DNA of 35,450 bases, from NCBI GenBank assembly GCA_031367385.1, contig JANLPS010000430.1, positions 1 to 35,450 on the forward strand, read 5' to 3'. The notes beneath the pieces are model-generated. The model had not been told where the DNA came from and did no database searches. It was given only the letters and a program-made list of their open reading frames with translations. A program made the translations under genes and the position numbers. Below are positions 11,944 to 22,100 of the stretch, one piece after another (position 1 is the stretch's first letter; each line of letters begins with the position of its first letter). The DNA is from Archangium sp. (GTDB lineage: Bacteria; Myxococcota; Myxococcia; Myxococcales; Myxococcaceae).

Positions 11944-12743
11944 AGCGGCTGCTCGGCGTGCTCGGGGCGGCGGCTGGGCTGGCGTTCGGGCTCTTCGTTT
12001 CGTTCAACGCGACCAAGGTGCACGACTGGCGGCAGCTCGATCGCGGCATCGAATACCGGGTGTTTCGGCTCGCGCTGGTGCCGCTGACCGGCGATGGGCT
12101 GCTGCACGTGGTTCGGCTCGACCCGGCGCGGGTGAGCTTCGAGCTCGGGCTGCGCTCAGAAGACGGGTCGCTCCGCACGGCCGCCGACTGGGCATCGCGC
12201 CAGGGGTGGTCGGTTGTCTTCAACGCCGGCATGTACGAGACCGATTTGCGTACCAACGTCGGGTACTTGCGGCACCGCGGGCACCTCAACAACCCGAGGT
12301 GGAAGGTGAACTTCGAGGCAGTGTTGGCGCTCGACGGGGCCGACGGCGGTATCGCGCTGCTCGACCGTGATGCGCCCACCTTCGCCGCCGAGTCAGCCGG
12401 GTATGACACGCTGGTGCAGAACCTGCGCACGGTCAAAGCGCCCGGCACCAATGTCTGGGAGCCCAACGACCGCATGTGGACCGAGGCCTCCGTCGCGCAA
12501 GATCGCGAAGGTCGAATCTTGTTCTTGTTCACCGGTACGAGGTTCAACCAGTCAGAGCTCAACGACCGCATTCTGGCGCTGCCGCTCAACATCGTGCGAG
12601 CGATGCACGTCGAAGGGGGCCCCGAGGGCAGCCTCTCGATTCACACGCCGGTCATGACCGTCGACCTCGACGGCGAGACCGCGCTCGGCAAGACCCATCA
12701 GTGGGAAATACCGAACGTCATCGGCGTGCGTTCGAAACCGTAA
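11940..12743 (+). CDS. Phosphodiester glycosidase (NAGPA/DUF2233-like) family protein
   Basis: GTGA overlap with the upstream stop; N-terminal hydrophobic anchor; LHVVRLDP, FNAGMY and AMHVEGG motifs and a C-terminal IPNVIGV. Confidence 0.7.
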   Translation: MKRLLGVLGAAAGLAFGLFVSFNATKVHDWRQLDRGIEYRVFRLALVPLTGDGLLHVVRLDPARVSFELGLRSEDGSLRTAADWASRQGWSVVFNAGMYETDLRTNVGYLRHRGHLNNPRWKVNFEAVLALDGADGGIALLDRDAPTFAAESAGYDTLVQNLRTVKAPGTNVWEPNDRMWTEASVAQDREGRILFLFTGTRFNQSELNDRILALPLNIVRAMHVEGGPEGSLSIHTPVMTVDLDGETALGKTHQWEIPNVIGVRSKP

Positions 12744-12750
12744 GCAAAGG

Positions 12751-13941
12751 TCACTCACCGCACAGCAACATCGTGGCCTCATGTCCAAGCCACTCCGCAA
12801 CCGTGCTATGCGCCAAGGTAATCGGCGGAGCCTCTTGCTCGACCTTGAACACCCGCCCCGTCACCGCGCTCACGATGATGAGCTCATGCTCTTGCATCGC
12901 TACCGTGACCCACTCGTCCGACAGAATCTCCTCGTCGTACACGCCAGCGTCGTCCCACAGCGCGTCGTACTCTCTGAGCCACCGCACCGCGCCGAGCATC
13001 CACTTTCTGGCTTCGAGGCTGCGCTTCGCGCCCAAAAACTCGAGAAACCCGAAGAATCGGTCTTGCGGCTTCTTCTGCCCATCGGCCAGCGACCACAGCG
13101 CCTTCACCTCGGGAGGCAGGGTGAGGTTCATCGCCGCCTCGACCTCGTCAATCACCTTGGGTGACGCCGGCCCGCGCAGCGTCTTCGTCGTACTTGAGGC
13201 CCCGGCAGCCATCGCATCGAGCAGCGTCTCGAACGCAGGGCGAACCACCGAGCCGTCACGCGGCACCACGCTCGGCATACGCTTCGGCAGCAGGTCGCGA
13301 CGACCGGTGCTCGCACACATTCGCAGCAGCTTTCGCTCGACGGGTCGGTCGGTCTTTGCCGCCTCGAACCAGGCCCTCAACGCCCCTCGTGGCTCAGGCC
13401 CAGAGACGAGAATCAGCAGCTCGATGAATCGCAGCGGCACCTTCGGGCCGAACGATGAAGCACCCTCGATCGCCTCGACGAACACCGCATCGTCTGCCAA
13501 CCGCCCAAGCGCGCTGCCGTTGGTGACCAGCGAGAGCACCTGCTCAATCGACTGCTTCCACTCCCGTTTTTCAATCAGCACGGTCATCGCGGTACCGATG
13601 CCATTGGGCTCGAAGCTCCAGGCCTGAAGCAACGCGGCCCGCGTGTCAGCCGGAGCGTTCGCCAGGTTGAACACCCACGCCGCGTCATTCTTGGTGAACT
13701 GCCGCAGCGTGTGAATGCACGCGACCACCGCCGCGGCGGGAGCCTTCTGCACGAAGCAGTCGCGCACCGCTTCGACCAGCATCTCGGGCTCCGCGCTGCG
13801 AACGACCCTGATGCACTCTCGCAACGGCCACTTCGCGCGCTCGAGCCCCTCACGGGCCTTGGCCCACGCCCGCGGAGGCGTCAGCGGAATCAGCGTCTGT
13901 GTCTCGAGGTCGATGACCTGCCCATTGATGATGACTGGCAT
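12751..13941 (-). CDS. Protein with a C-terminal SMI1/KNR4 (SUKH) domain
   Basis: GPASPKVIDEVEAAMNLTLPPEVKALWSLADG matches the SUKH N-terminal signature; ends with LAHSTVAEWL. Confidence 0.65.
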   Translation of the reverse strand: MPVIINGQVIDLETQTLIPLTPPRAWAKAREGLERAKWPLRECIRVVRSAEPEMLVEAVRDCFVQKAPAAAVVACIHTLRQFTKNDAAWVFNLANAPADTRAALLQAWSFEPNGIGTAMTVLIEKREWKQSIEQVLSLVTNGSALGRLADDAVFVEAIEGASSFGPKVPLRFIELLILVSGPEPRGALRAWFEAAKTDRPVERKLLRMCASTGRRDLLPKRMPSVVPRDGSVVRPAFETLLDAMAAGASSTTKTLRGPASPKVIDEVEAAMNLTLPPEVKALWSLADGQKKPQDRFFGFLEFLGAKRSLEARKWMLGAVRWLREYDALWDDAGVYDEEILSDEWVTVAMQEHELIIVSAVTGRVFKVEQEAPPITLAHSTVAEWLGHEATMLLCGE

Positions 13942-13994
13942 GCCCCGCCTGTACCCTTGACCTGCCGGTCACTCGTGCCCTGTGACCGGTCAAT

Positions 13995-14489
13995 TCACGC
14001 CAGCGAAAGCCACCGTTGCCCCTGCGTCTTTCGAGCGAGGCGCTCGGCGCGGCGAGCCCGGGCCTCCTCGGCCGCGTGGCGCTCGTTTTCATTCGTGATT
14101 TCAAGGGCTGGCACCGGCAGCCGGCGGCCCTCTTTGTCGAGGGCGACGAACGTCAGCAGGGCGCTCGTAGTGAGCTGCTTGGCCCCGGTAAGCGGTTCTT
14201 CTGAATGCACCGAGACGCCGATCTCCATCGAGGTGTTGAAGGTCGCGATCACCCGGGCCTTGAGCGTCACCGCCCAGCCCACCTTGATCGGTGCATGAAA
14301 GTGCAAATCGTCCATCGAGGCGGTCACCACGGTCTGCCGGCAATGCCGCTGGGCACAAATGGCCGCGCAGATGTCGATCCACCCCATCACGCTGCCTCCG
14401 AAGGCCGCGTTGAGGGCGTTGGCGTTCGACGGCAACACCAGCTGCACCATTTCAGTCGCCGAATCAGCTGCTCGTCGGGTGGTCGTCAT
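13995..14489 (-). CDS. Acyl-CoA thioesterase (hot-dog fold, YciA-like)
   Basis: VLPSNANALNAAFGGSVMGWID, VVTASMD, TSMEIGV and LTFVALD motifs; start MTTTRR at 14489. Confidence 0.9.
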   Translation of the reverse strand: MTTTRRAADSATEMVQLVLPSNANALNAAFGGSVMGWIDICAAICAQRHCRQTVVTASMDDLHFHAPIKVGWAVTLKARVIATFNTSMEIGVSVHSEEPLTGAKQLTTSALLTFVALDKEGRRLPVPALEITNENERHAAEEARARRAERLARKTQGQRWLSLA

Positions 14490-14502
14490 GTGTGTGCCTT
14501 CT

Positions 14503-15156
14503 TCACTTCGCCAAGAATGTGCTGACCTTGTCGAGAAACTCGTCACGGCCACGGCCAGCGCGAATGTCGAGCGAGGTCACGTCGAAGGTGAGCACGTCGA
14601 TGCCGTACTTGCCCGCCAACACCATCGGGAAGGTGGCGTAGTACCCGTTGAGGCCGCGCAAGAACGACGAGGCGATGCCTTTTTCTTCTTCGCGCCCGCG
14701 CTTCTTGATGCGCTCGAGCAGCACCTCGACCTTCGGCACGTCGAAGCAGATCACCTTGTTCGGGTGAGCCACGCTCTTCGCCGTTCGCTTGAAGTACTCG
14801 AAGTACAGGTCGAGCTCGGTATCGGTCATGAAGCCGAGGCCGTGCAGGTACTTGGCGAAGATCTCGGGGTCTTCGTACAGCGTGCGGTCTTGAATGCACG
14901 ACTTCGGCACGTTGTGAATCAGCTCATGGTGCTCGACGCGCTTGATCAAGAACTCGAGCTGCAACGTGAAGCTCCAGCGCTTCATGTCGCGGTAGTAGTC
15001 TTTCAAGAATCGGTTATCGATGACCGGCTCGTCGAACAGCTCGTAGCCGAACTTCTGGCTTAACATCTTCGCCGCGGTTGTTTTGCCGGCGCCGATGTTG
15101 CCGGCCATCGCGATGAAGTGCTTCTGCGCTGGGCCCTTCTTTTTCTTGGTGGCCAT
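14503..15156 (-). CDS. Deoxynucleoside kinase (dNK family)
   Basis: IAMAGNIGAGKTT P-loop, QDRTLYED and RIKKRGREEE lid motifs. Confidence 0.92.
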   Translation of the reverse strand: MATKKKKGPAQKHFIAMAGNIGAGKTTAAKMLSQKFGYELFDEPVIDNRFLKDYYRDMKRWSFTLQLEFLIKRVEHHELIHNVPKSCIQDRTLYEDPEIFAKYLHGLGFMTDTELDLYFEYFKRTAKSVAHPNKVICFDVPKVEVLLERIKKRGREEEKGIASSFLRGLNGYYATFPMVLAGKYGIDVLTFDVTSLDIRAGRGRDEFLDKVSTFLAK

Positions 15157-15164
15157 TCGTGCGC

Positions 15165-16193
15165 TCACGCCGCCCAGTCGAGAACGACCTTGCCGCTTTG
15201 GCCCGTGCGCATCACCTCGAAGCCGGCCTTGAACTCGGCCGCAGGGTAGCGGTGCGTCACCGCCGGAGTGATGTCGAGCCCGCTCTGCAACATCGCGGTC
15301 ATTTTGTACCAGGTCTCGAACATCTCGCGGCCGTACACGCCCTTGAGCACCAGACCCTTGAAGATGACCTGGCTCCAGTCGATCGCGATTTCACCCACGG
15401 GTATGCCGAGAATCGCCACGCGCCCGCCGTGGTTCATCGTCTTGAACATCTGGCGAAAGGCCGAGCCGTTGCCCGACATCTCGAGGCCGACGTCGAAGCC
15501 CTCGGTCATGCCGAGCGACTTCATCGTGTCTTCGAGTGAGGCTTTCGACACGTTGACCACTTTGGTGGCACCCATCTTCGTGGCGAGGTCGAGCCGGTAC
15601 TCGTTCACGTCGGTGACGACCACGTGCCGCGCGCCGACGTGCCGGCAGATCGCCGCCGCCATCACCCCGATCGGGCCCGCTCCGGTGATCAACACGTCTT
15701 CGCCGACCAGGTCGAACGAGAGCGCGGTGTGCACCGCGTTACCGAGCGGGTCGAAGAACGAGGCCACCTCGTCGGTGATCTCTTTGGGTATGCGAAACAC
15801 GTTGAACGCGGGTATCGCGACGAACTCGGCGAAGCAGCCGGGTCGGCCGACGCCGAGACCGACGGTATTGCGGCACAGGTGTCGCTTGCCCGCGCGGCAG
15901 TTTCGGCAGGCGCCGCAGGTGATGTGACCCTCGCCCGAGACGCGCTCACCGACCTTGAACCCGGTCACTTCGCTGCCCAGCTCGGCGATTTCGCCCATGA
16001 ACTCGTGGCCGATGTGCATCGGTACCGCGACGTTGCGCTGGCTCCACTCGTCCCAGTTGTAGATGTGTACGTCGGTGCCGCAGATGCCGGTCTTGCGCAC
16101 CTTGATCAGCACGTCGTTCGGGCCGACCCTCGGCACCGGCACCTCTTCCATCCACAGACCTGGTTCTTTTTTGGCTTTGACGAGCGCTCTCAT
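15165..16193 (-). CDS. tdh: L-threonine 3-dehydrogenase
   Basis: [35 protein letters not shown] and [12 protein letters not shown] motifs; adjacent to kbl. Confidence 0.97.
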   Translation of the reverse strand: MRALVKAKKEPGLWMEEVPVPRVGPNDVLIKVRKTGICGTDVHIYNWDEWSQRNVAVPMHIGHEFMGEIAELGSEVTGFKVGERVSGEGHITCGACRNCRAGKRHLCRNTVGLGVGRPGCFAEFVAIPAFNVFRIPKEITDEVASFFDPLGNAVHTALSFDLVGEDVLITGAGPIGVMAAAICRHVGARHVVVTDVNEYRLDLATKMGATKVVNVSKASLEDTMKSLGMTEGFDVGLEMSGNGSAFRQMFKTMNHGGRVAILGIPVGEIAIDWSQVIFKGLVLKGVYGREMFETWYKMTAMLQSGLDITPAVTHRYPAAEFKAGFEVMRTGQSGKVVLDWAA

Positions 16194-17386
16194 TGAATGA
16201 CTCCCAAGGTTTTGCCCACTTTGATGAACGCGGCGATGGCGCGATCGATGTCATCACGCGAGTGCGCCGCCGACATTTGCGTACGAATGCGAGCCGCCCC
16301 GTTCGGCACCACGGGGAAGCTGAAGCCGATGACGTAGATGCCCTCGGCGAGCATCGCTTCGGCGAATTGGCCGGCGAGCTTGGCGTCTCCCAGCATCACG
16401 GGGATGATTGGGTGCCCCTCACCGGCGAGCTTGAACCCGGCCGCGGTCATCTTGGCGCGAAAGTGGGCCGCGTTCTCACGCAGCTTCACCCTTCGGTCGT
16501 CGCTCTTCTCGAGCAGGTCGAGGCACTTGAGTGAGGCATGGGCGATGGCGGGCATCAGGGTGTTCGAGAACAGGTAGGGGCGGGCACGTTGTCGCAGCAG
16601 CGCGACGATCTCCTTGCGGCCAGAGACGTAGCCACCCGAGGCTCCGCCCAGCGCCTTGCCGAGCGTGCCGGTCAGAATGTCGATGCGGCCCATCACGCCG
16701 CGAAGCTCGTGCGACCCACGGCCTTTTTCGCCCGTGAACCCGACCGCATGCGAGTCGTCGACCATCACCAGCGCGTCGTACTTCTGGGCCAGGTCGCAGA
16801 CCCCCTTGAGGTTGGCGATGATGCCGTCCATCGAGAAGACGCCATCGGTGACCACGAGGGTGAAGCGGGCGCCACCGGCTTTGGCTTCTTTGAGCTTGGC
16901 CTCGAGGTCGCCGAGGTCGTTGTTGGCGTAGCGAAAGCGCTTGGCCTTGCAGAGCCGAATGCCGTCGATGATCGAGGCGTGGTTGAGCGCGTCTGAGATG
17001 ACCGCGTCTTCTTCACCCAGCACAATCTCGAAGACGCCGCCGTTCGCGTCCCAGCATGACGAGAAGAGAATCGTGTCTTCGGTGCCCAGAAACGCGGTCA
17101 ACCGCTCCTCGAGCGCCTTGTGGGGAGCTTGCGTACCGCAGATGAACCGCACCGAGGCCATGCCGTACCCGAAGCGGTCGAGGCCTTCTTTCGCGGCGGT
17201 CACCAGCTCTTCTGAGTCAGCGAGCCCCAAATAGTTGTTCGCGCAGAAATTGAGCACCTGGGCACCACCGGTGACGGTGATGTGGGCACGCTGCGGTGAC
17301 GTGATGACCCGCTCGTTCTTCTGCAAACCCTGGTCGCGAATCGAGTCGAGCTGCGACTGCAAATGCTGCTGAAAGCGCACGTTCAT
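16190..17386 (-). CDS. kbl: 2-amino-3-ketobutyrate CoA ligase (glycine C-acetyltransferase)
   Basis: [39 protein letters not shown] (PLP Lys) and [10 protein letters not shown]; start MNVRFQ at 17386. Confidence 0.97.
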   Translation of the reverse strand: MNVRFQQHLQSQLDSIRDQGLQKNERVITSPQRAHITVTGGAQVLNFCANNYLGLADSEELVTAAKEGLDRFGYGMASVRFICGTQAPHKALEERLTAFLGTEDTILFSSCWDANGGVFEIVLGEEDAVISDALNHASIIDGIRLCKAKRFRYANNDLGDLEAKLKEAKAGGARFTLVVTDGVFSMDGIIANLKGVCDLAQKYDALVMVDDSHAVGFTGEKGRGSHELRGVMGRIDILTGTLGKALGGASGGYVSGRKEIVALLRQRARPYLFSNTLMPAIAHASLKCLDLLEKSDDRRVKLRENAAHFRAKMTAAGFKLAGEGHPIIPVMLGDAKLAGQFAEAMLAEGIYVIGFSFPVVPNGAARIRTQMSAAHSRDDIDRAIAAFIKVGKTLGVIQ

Positions 17387-17419
17387 GTGGCCCGCTGAGC
17401 TAGCATTATTTGGGCAGAC

Positions 17420-18253
17420 ATGAATGAGACTTCCATCGGGGCGTTGGTCGCCCAGGCCCTTCAAGGTGCCGAAGACGACGCGGTGGCCTGGGAGGCCGTG
17501 CGGTCACTTCAGGCGCTGGGCACCGACGACGTGTTCGACGCGGCGCGGTTGCTGCTGCAGTCGCCCGAGGCCAAGCAGCGAGCCCGCGGAGCCGATATTT
17601 TGGGTCAGCTGGGGTCTCCCAACCCGAGCCGCGCCCTCGAAGCGCGCTGCGCCGATTGCCTGCTCGAGCGAGTCGCGAGTGAGACCGATGAGACCGTGCT
17701 GCTGTCGATCGGGGTGAGCCTGGGGCACTTGCAAGACCCGCGAGCCCCCGACGCGATGGCGCCGCACGCGAAGAACCCGTCGTCAGACGCGAGATTCGGC
17801 GTGGTGATGGCGCTGCTCAACCATGACAGCGATCTCTCGGTCTCGACGCTGATTGCCCTCGCGCGCGACCCTGATGACGATGTGCGCAATTGGGCGACCT
17901 TCGGGTTGGGCACGTCGCTCGCGATGGTCGATACGCCCGAGGTGCGCGAGGTGCTTCGCGAGCGGCTGAGCGATTCGAATTCAGAGATTCAAGGCGAGGC
18001 GATGACCGGCCTGGCCTCGCGGCGAGACCCGACCGCGCTCGAGCCGATTCGACGCGAGCTCTCAGCCGAGGCGCCGCGTGCGTTCGCGGTCGAAGCCGCC
18101 GGGTTGCTAGGCGACGGGTCGCTGCTCCCGTTGCTCAACGCACTGAAGACGAGCTCGCAGCCGGGCTACTTCGACTCGATGCTCGACGACGCCATTGCCG
18201 CGCTTCTCGCGTCTGAACGCGAGTCCTTCTCAACATCGGGTGAAGGGCGCTAA
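17420..18253 (+). CDS. HEAT-repeat (PBS lyase-like) protein
   Basis: Repeated helix pairs: [54 protein letters not shown]. Confidence 0.85.
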   Translation: MNETSIGALVAQALQGAEDDAVAWEAVRSLQALGTDDVFDAARLLLQSPEAKQRARGADILGQLGSPNPSRALEARCADCLLERVASETDETVLLSIGVSLGHLQDPRAPDAMAPHAKNPSSDARFGVVMALLNHDSDLSVSTLIALARDPDDDVRNWATFGLGTSLAMVDTPEVREVLRERLSDSNSEIQGEAMTGLASRRDPTALEPIRRELSAEAPRAFAVEAAGLLGDGSLLPLLNALKTSSQPGYFDSMLDDAIAALLASERESFSTSGEGR

Positions 18254-18269
18254 CTTCGGCGCCTCTCGC

Positions 18270-19127
18270 ATGCGTTCTGGCAAACTCCCGCGGTATGGCG
18301 ATCGTGTCGCTCTCGGTAAGGCGAAGCTGCAAGTCAGCCCGTTTTGCATCGGCATGACCCGTGACTCGAACGTCATTGAGGCTGCTTTTGACCTCGGCAT
18401 TAATTTCTTCTTTCTCAGTACTGACCTTCATTGGGGTCAGTACGAGTCGAACAGGGTCGGTCTGAAGAATCTCTTTAAACGCCCGGGAGCGCGAGATCAG
18501 GTCGTCGTGTGTGCGAGCTCCTACATGATTGCCGCGACCTTTACCCACGGCGCGTTTCGCGAAACGGTTGAGGCGATTCCAGGGCTCGGGCACATCGACA
18601 TCGTCTGCGCCGGAGGCATGTACTCCCAAGACACCGCGCGCCGCATGCCCATCTTGGAGCAATTTCTCGAGCAAAAAACGTTTGGGAGCCGGGCCCTCGC
18701 GGCCAGCTATCACGAGCGCGAGGCGGCGCGCACTGCACTGGTCACGCACTCGGTCGATGCGGCTTTTGTTCGATACAATCCCCTTCACCATGGCGGGCGT
18801 GCTGACCTGTTTCCGCTTCTCCCGAGTGATGCGGCGCCCCTCTTCGCTTTCAAGACCTCCGACGGGTACGTGGCCCCAGAAGTGTTGAAGCAGCTCGGCC
18901 TGGAGGACGACCATTGGTTGCCCTCGCGGTCAGATTTCTACCGGTATGCGCTCACTGAAGAGAAGCTCGACGGCATTCTGTTTTCGCCGACGCAGGTCGA
19001 GCATCTTCATCAGATCGCCGGCGCCCTCGAAAAAGGCCCGCTCCAGCCCGAGGAAATCGAATATCTGGAGACCCTGTCTCTCCACGTGCACTCCCCACCC
19101 AGCACTGACCCGTCGGTATCGACCTGA
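18270..19127 (+). CDS. Aldo/keto reductase-fold protein with a non-canonical active site
   Basis: LGKAKLQVSPFCIGM, AFDLGINFF, L..LG.ID.V, VRYN and ..RYAL..... motifs follow the AKR barrel layout; ATG 18270; its TGA overlaps the kinase ATG. Confidence 0.7.
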   Translation: MRSGKLPRYGDRVALGKAKLQVSPFCIGMTRDSNVIEAAFDLGINFFFLSTDLHWGQYESNRVGLKNLFKRPGARDQVVVCASSYMIAATFTHGAFRETVEAIPGLGHIDIVCAGGMYSQDTARRMPILEQFLEQKTFGSRALAASYHEREAARTALVTHSVDAAFVRYNPLHHGGRADLFPLLPSDAAPLFAFKTSDGYVAPEVLKQLGLEDDHWLPSRSDFYRYALTEEKLDGILFSPTQVEHLHQIAGALEKGPLQPEEIEYLETLSLHVHSPPSTDPSVST

Positions 19128-22100
19128 TGCTTGGGCGCACGCTCGGCGATTTCGTCGTCACGCAACGCCTCGGAGAAGGCGGCGGAGGCGATGTGTACCG
19201 TGCGGAGCAGGTCACGCTTGGCCGCGAGGCCGTGATCAAAGTGATGAACCGCAGCGCCCAGTCGAGCGGCAACGGCGCCGAGCGGTTCTTGCGAGAAGCG
19301 CGCTTGGCGTCACAGCTCGATCACCCGTTTGCTGCGCACGTCTACGGGTTCGGCACCGAGCCCGACGGCGTGCTGTGGATTGCGATGGAGTTGGTGCGCG
19401 GTACTGCCCTGAACACGGTCATTCGGGAGCAAGGCAAGATTCCCCTCGCGCGGTTCGTGCCTTTCTTCGAGCGTCTGTGTGAGGTGCTCCACGCGGCACA
19501 CGAGCAGGGCATCGTGCATCGCGACGTGAAGCCGGCCAACGTCATGGTGATCAGCCGCGCGGGCCGCTTGATGCCGAAGTTACTCGACCTGGGCATTGCG
19601 CGCAGGGGCCCTGAAATCACCGAGCAGTCGAGGGCGATGTCGGGCGCCGACACGCGCTCCGGCACTGAAACGGGGCCGTTCAAGAGCAGCCCCTCCCAGA
19701 CGCTCTCGACCATGCTCGCCGACTCAGAGACGCTCAACATCACGCAGGAGGGCATGCTCGTCGGCACCCCACAGTACATGTCGCCCGAGCAGTGGTCCGA
19801 TGCTTCCTCGGCGGACGCTCGGTCTGACATCTACAGCCTCTCGTTGCTCGCCTATCAGGCGATCACCGGCAAAACCGCGTTCGGGGGGAGTTCGCTGCGT
19901 CAGTTGGCCATGGCCCACGCGGCCAAGCCACTCCCGGCGCTGCCCGAGGGGTTGCCCTCCGAGGTGTATGACGTGCTCGCCCAAGGTGCGGCGAAGCTCC
20001 CCGAAGATCGATTCGCGACCGCGATCGAGCTGGGGGCCGCTCTGCGGGCCGCTTCTGGTCTCGGGGTCGAGGCGTTCGCTCTGCCGCAGCTCGACGAGGG
20101 CCTGCGAGAAAATGTCCTAGGCGAAGCGCCGCAGCCCATCGCAGAAGCGGCTGCGCTCCTCGAGAGCGCCAGAACACCCAAGCAGCAGCTCGAAGCGGTG
20201 CTGATGCTTCGGCGAGTCATCATTCGGTACCTGGCCGTCTTGGCCCTGGCGTGTCGCGGGCGCGTGGGCCCTGGGTCGACCGGCGATGCGGAGTCGGTCG
20301 TCAGGCCGCTGCGAGCGCTCGCGTCAGGCAAGCTGACCGATGAGGCGTGGTTGTCTCTCGCAAAGGAGCTTTGCCGACCGTTTGCCTTTCGGAAGGGCGC
20401 ATACCCCTTGCCAGAGTTGGTTGAGCTCTTCTTTGCCGGTGATTCTGACGCAGAGGTCGGAGCGGGTTTCGCAGCCATCAGCGCGATGGACGCCCTCGAC
20501 CTGCCCGCCAAAGACGCGCCCGACGACGTCGTACATGCCGCGCTGCTCAAGCTCGTGCCTGCGGTCGGCACGGTGCTGCAGAGCATGGCCTTCATCTTCG
20601 ACTATGTCTTGGTGGTCAAACACGAAGACACCGAGCGGTGGATGGGGGCTCGTCGGGCTCGGCGCGTTCGACAAGATCTCCTTGCGGCAACCATGCCTCC
20701 GGTCGGAGTGCCATTTCTGGTCGACTCGGTGGGGCTGCCGGCGTTGCTGCTCGGGCCATTACTTCAGGTGTTTTCACCTGGTTCGGGCTTGGCCGATGAG
20801 CTTTTTTTTCTCGACGGAGACGGGCGGCACGGCGCGCGGTTCGTCGCACTGCCAGGCCCATTCGAAGGCCAGAGCCGAGATCTCTGGGCTTGGTTCTCGC
20901 AGGCCGGCATTGATGTCAGTCGTTCGCCTGAGGCCCTGGCCGAGCTCGACAAGCCTCCGTACAAGGGCCTCTCGACGTTCAGCCCAGATGACGCCGACAA
21001 CTACTTCGGCCGCGAGCGAGAAGCCGAGTCGTTTGCCAATCGACTCCGGCTCTCTCCGCTGCTCGCCGTCATCGGGCCCTCGGGCTCGGGCAAATCGTCA
21101 TTCGTGCTCGCAGGCGTTTTGCCGCTGCTCCCTCAAGGGTGGCGCGCGATCGTGACCCGACCGGGGGCAACTCCTTTCGAGGCGCTCGCTCAAAAGTTGG
21201 GGCTGCTTGCCGGGGGCGTTACTCCTGAGGTCGTGGTGGCGTCGCTCAGAGGAGGCGAGTCATTGCTGGTGGTCGTCGATCAGTTCGAAGAGCTCGTGAC
21301 CCTCTGCGGAGACCTCGAGGTACGACAGGCCTTCGCCTCGATGCTGGTCAAGATGGCTGAGCATCAGAGCGGTCGGCTGCGGGTCGTGCTGACGTGCCGA
21401 GACGATTTTCTCATACAAATTCAGCAGCTGGCGGCGCTGCGCGACCGGCTGTCATCGGTGTTGCAGCTCCTTGGCACCCCGGCCAAAGAAGAGCTGCTTC
21501 GCGTCGTCACCGAACCTGCTGCGCGGCTCGGTTACGGGTTTGACGATCAAAACCTGGCCAAGAAGATGGTCGACGAAGTGGCCGAGTACCCGGGGGCCTT
21601 GGCTTTGCTCTCGTTCACCGCCAGCCAACTGTGGGAGCTCCGCGACCGGCACCTGCATCAAATGCGAGCGAAGACGTACGAGGCCCTCGGCGGTGTCGGT
21701 GGTGCTCTGGGTCATCACGCTGAGATGACGCTGGCGCAAATGTCTGTCGATGAAGCCAAGCTCGTGCGCGAGGCCTTTCGGCAATTGGTTACAAGCCAGA
21801 TGACACGAGCGGTTCTTTCACGAAAAGAAATGCTCGACATTCTAGGCGACAGCCCCGCCAGCAAATCGGTTCTTGAGAAACTGGTACTCGCCCGACTGCT
21901 GGTCACCTCGGAGGACGCGAGCGGCGAGGACCGGGTCGAAATCATTCACGAGGCGTTAATCGTCTCATGGCCCAGGCTCGTCGGTTGGCTCCGTGAAGAT
22001 GCCGAAACCGCGCGGCTTCGAGATTCGCTCAGAACGTCTGCCAAACAATGGGCCGAGCGAAACAAGCCCTCGGGTCTGCTGTGGAGAAAAGAAACGCTCG

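Noticed and set aside
12476..13627. 383-aa plus-strand ORF
   Set aside because: Overlaps two better-supported genes; Ser/Arg-rich shadow composition.
17387..17464. N-terminal extension of kbl in the ORF track
   Set aside because: Would overlap the divergent HEAT gene; family similarity begins at MNVRFQ (17386).
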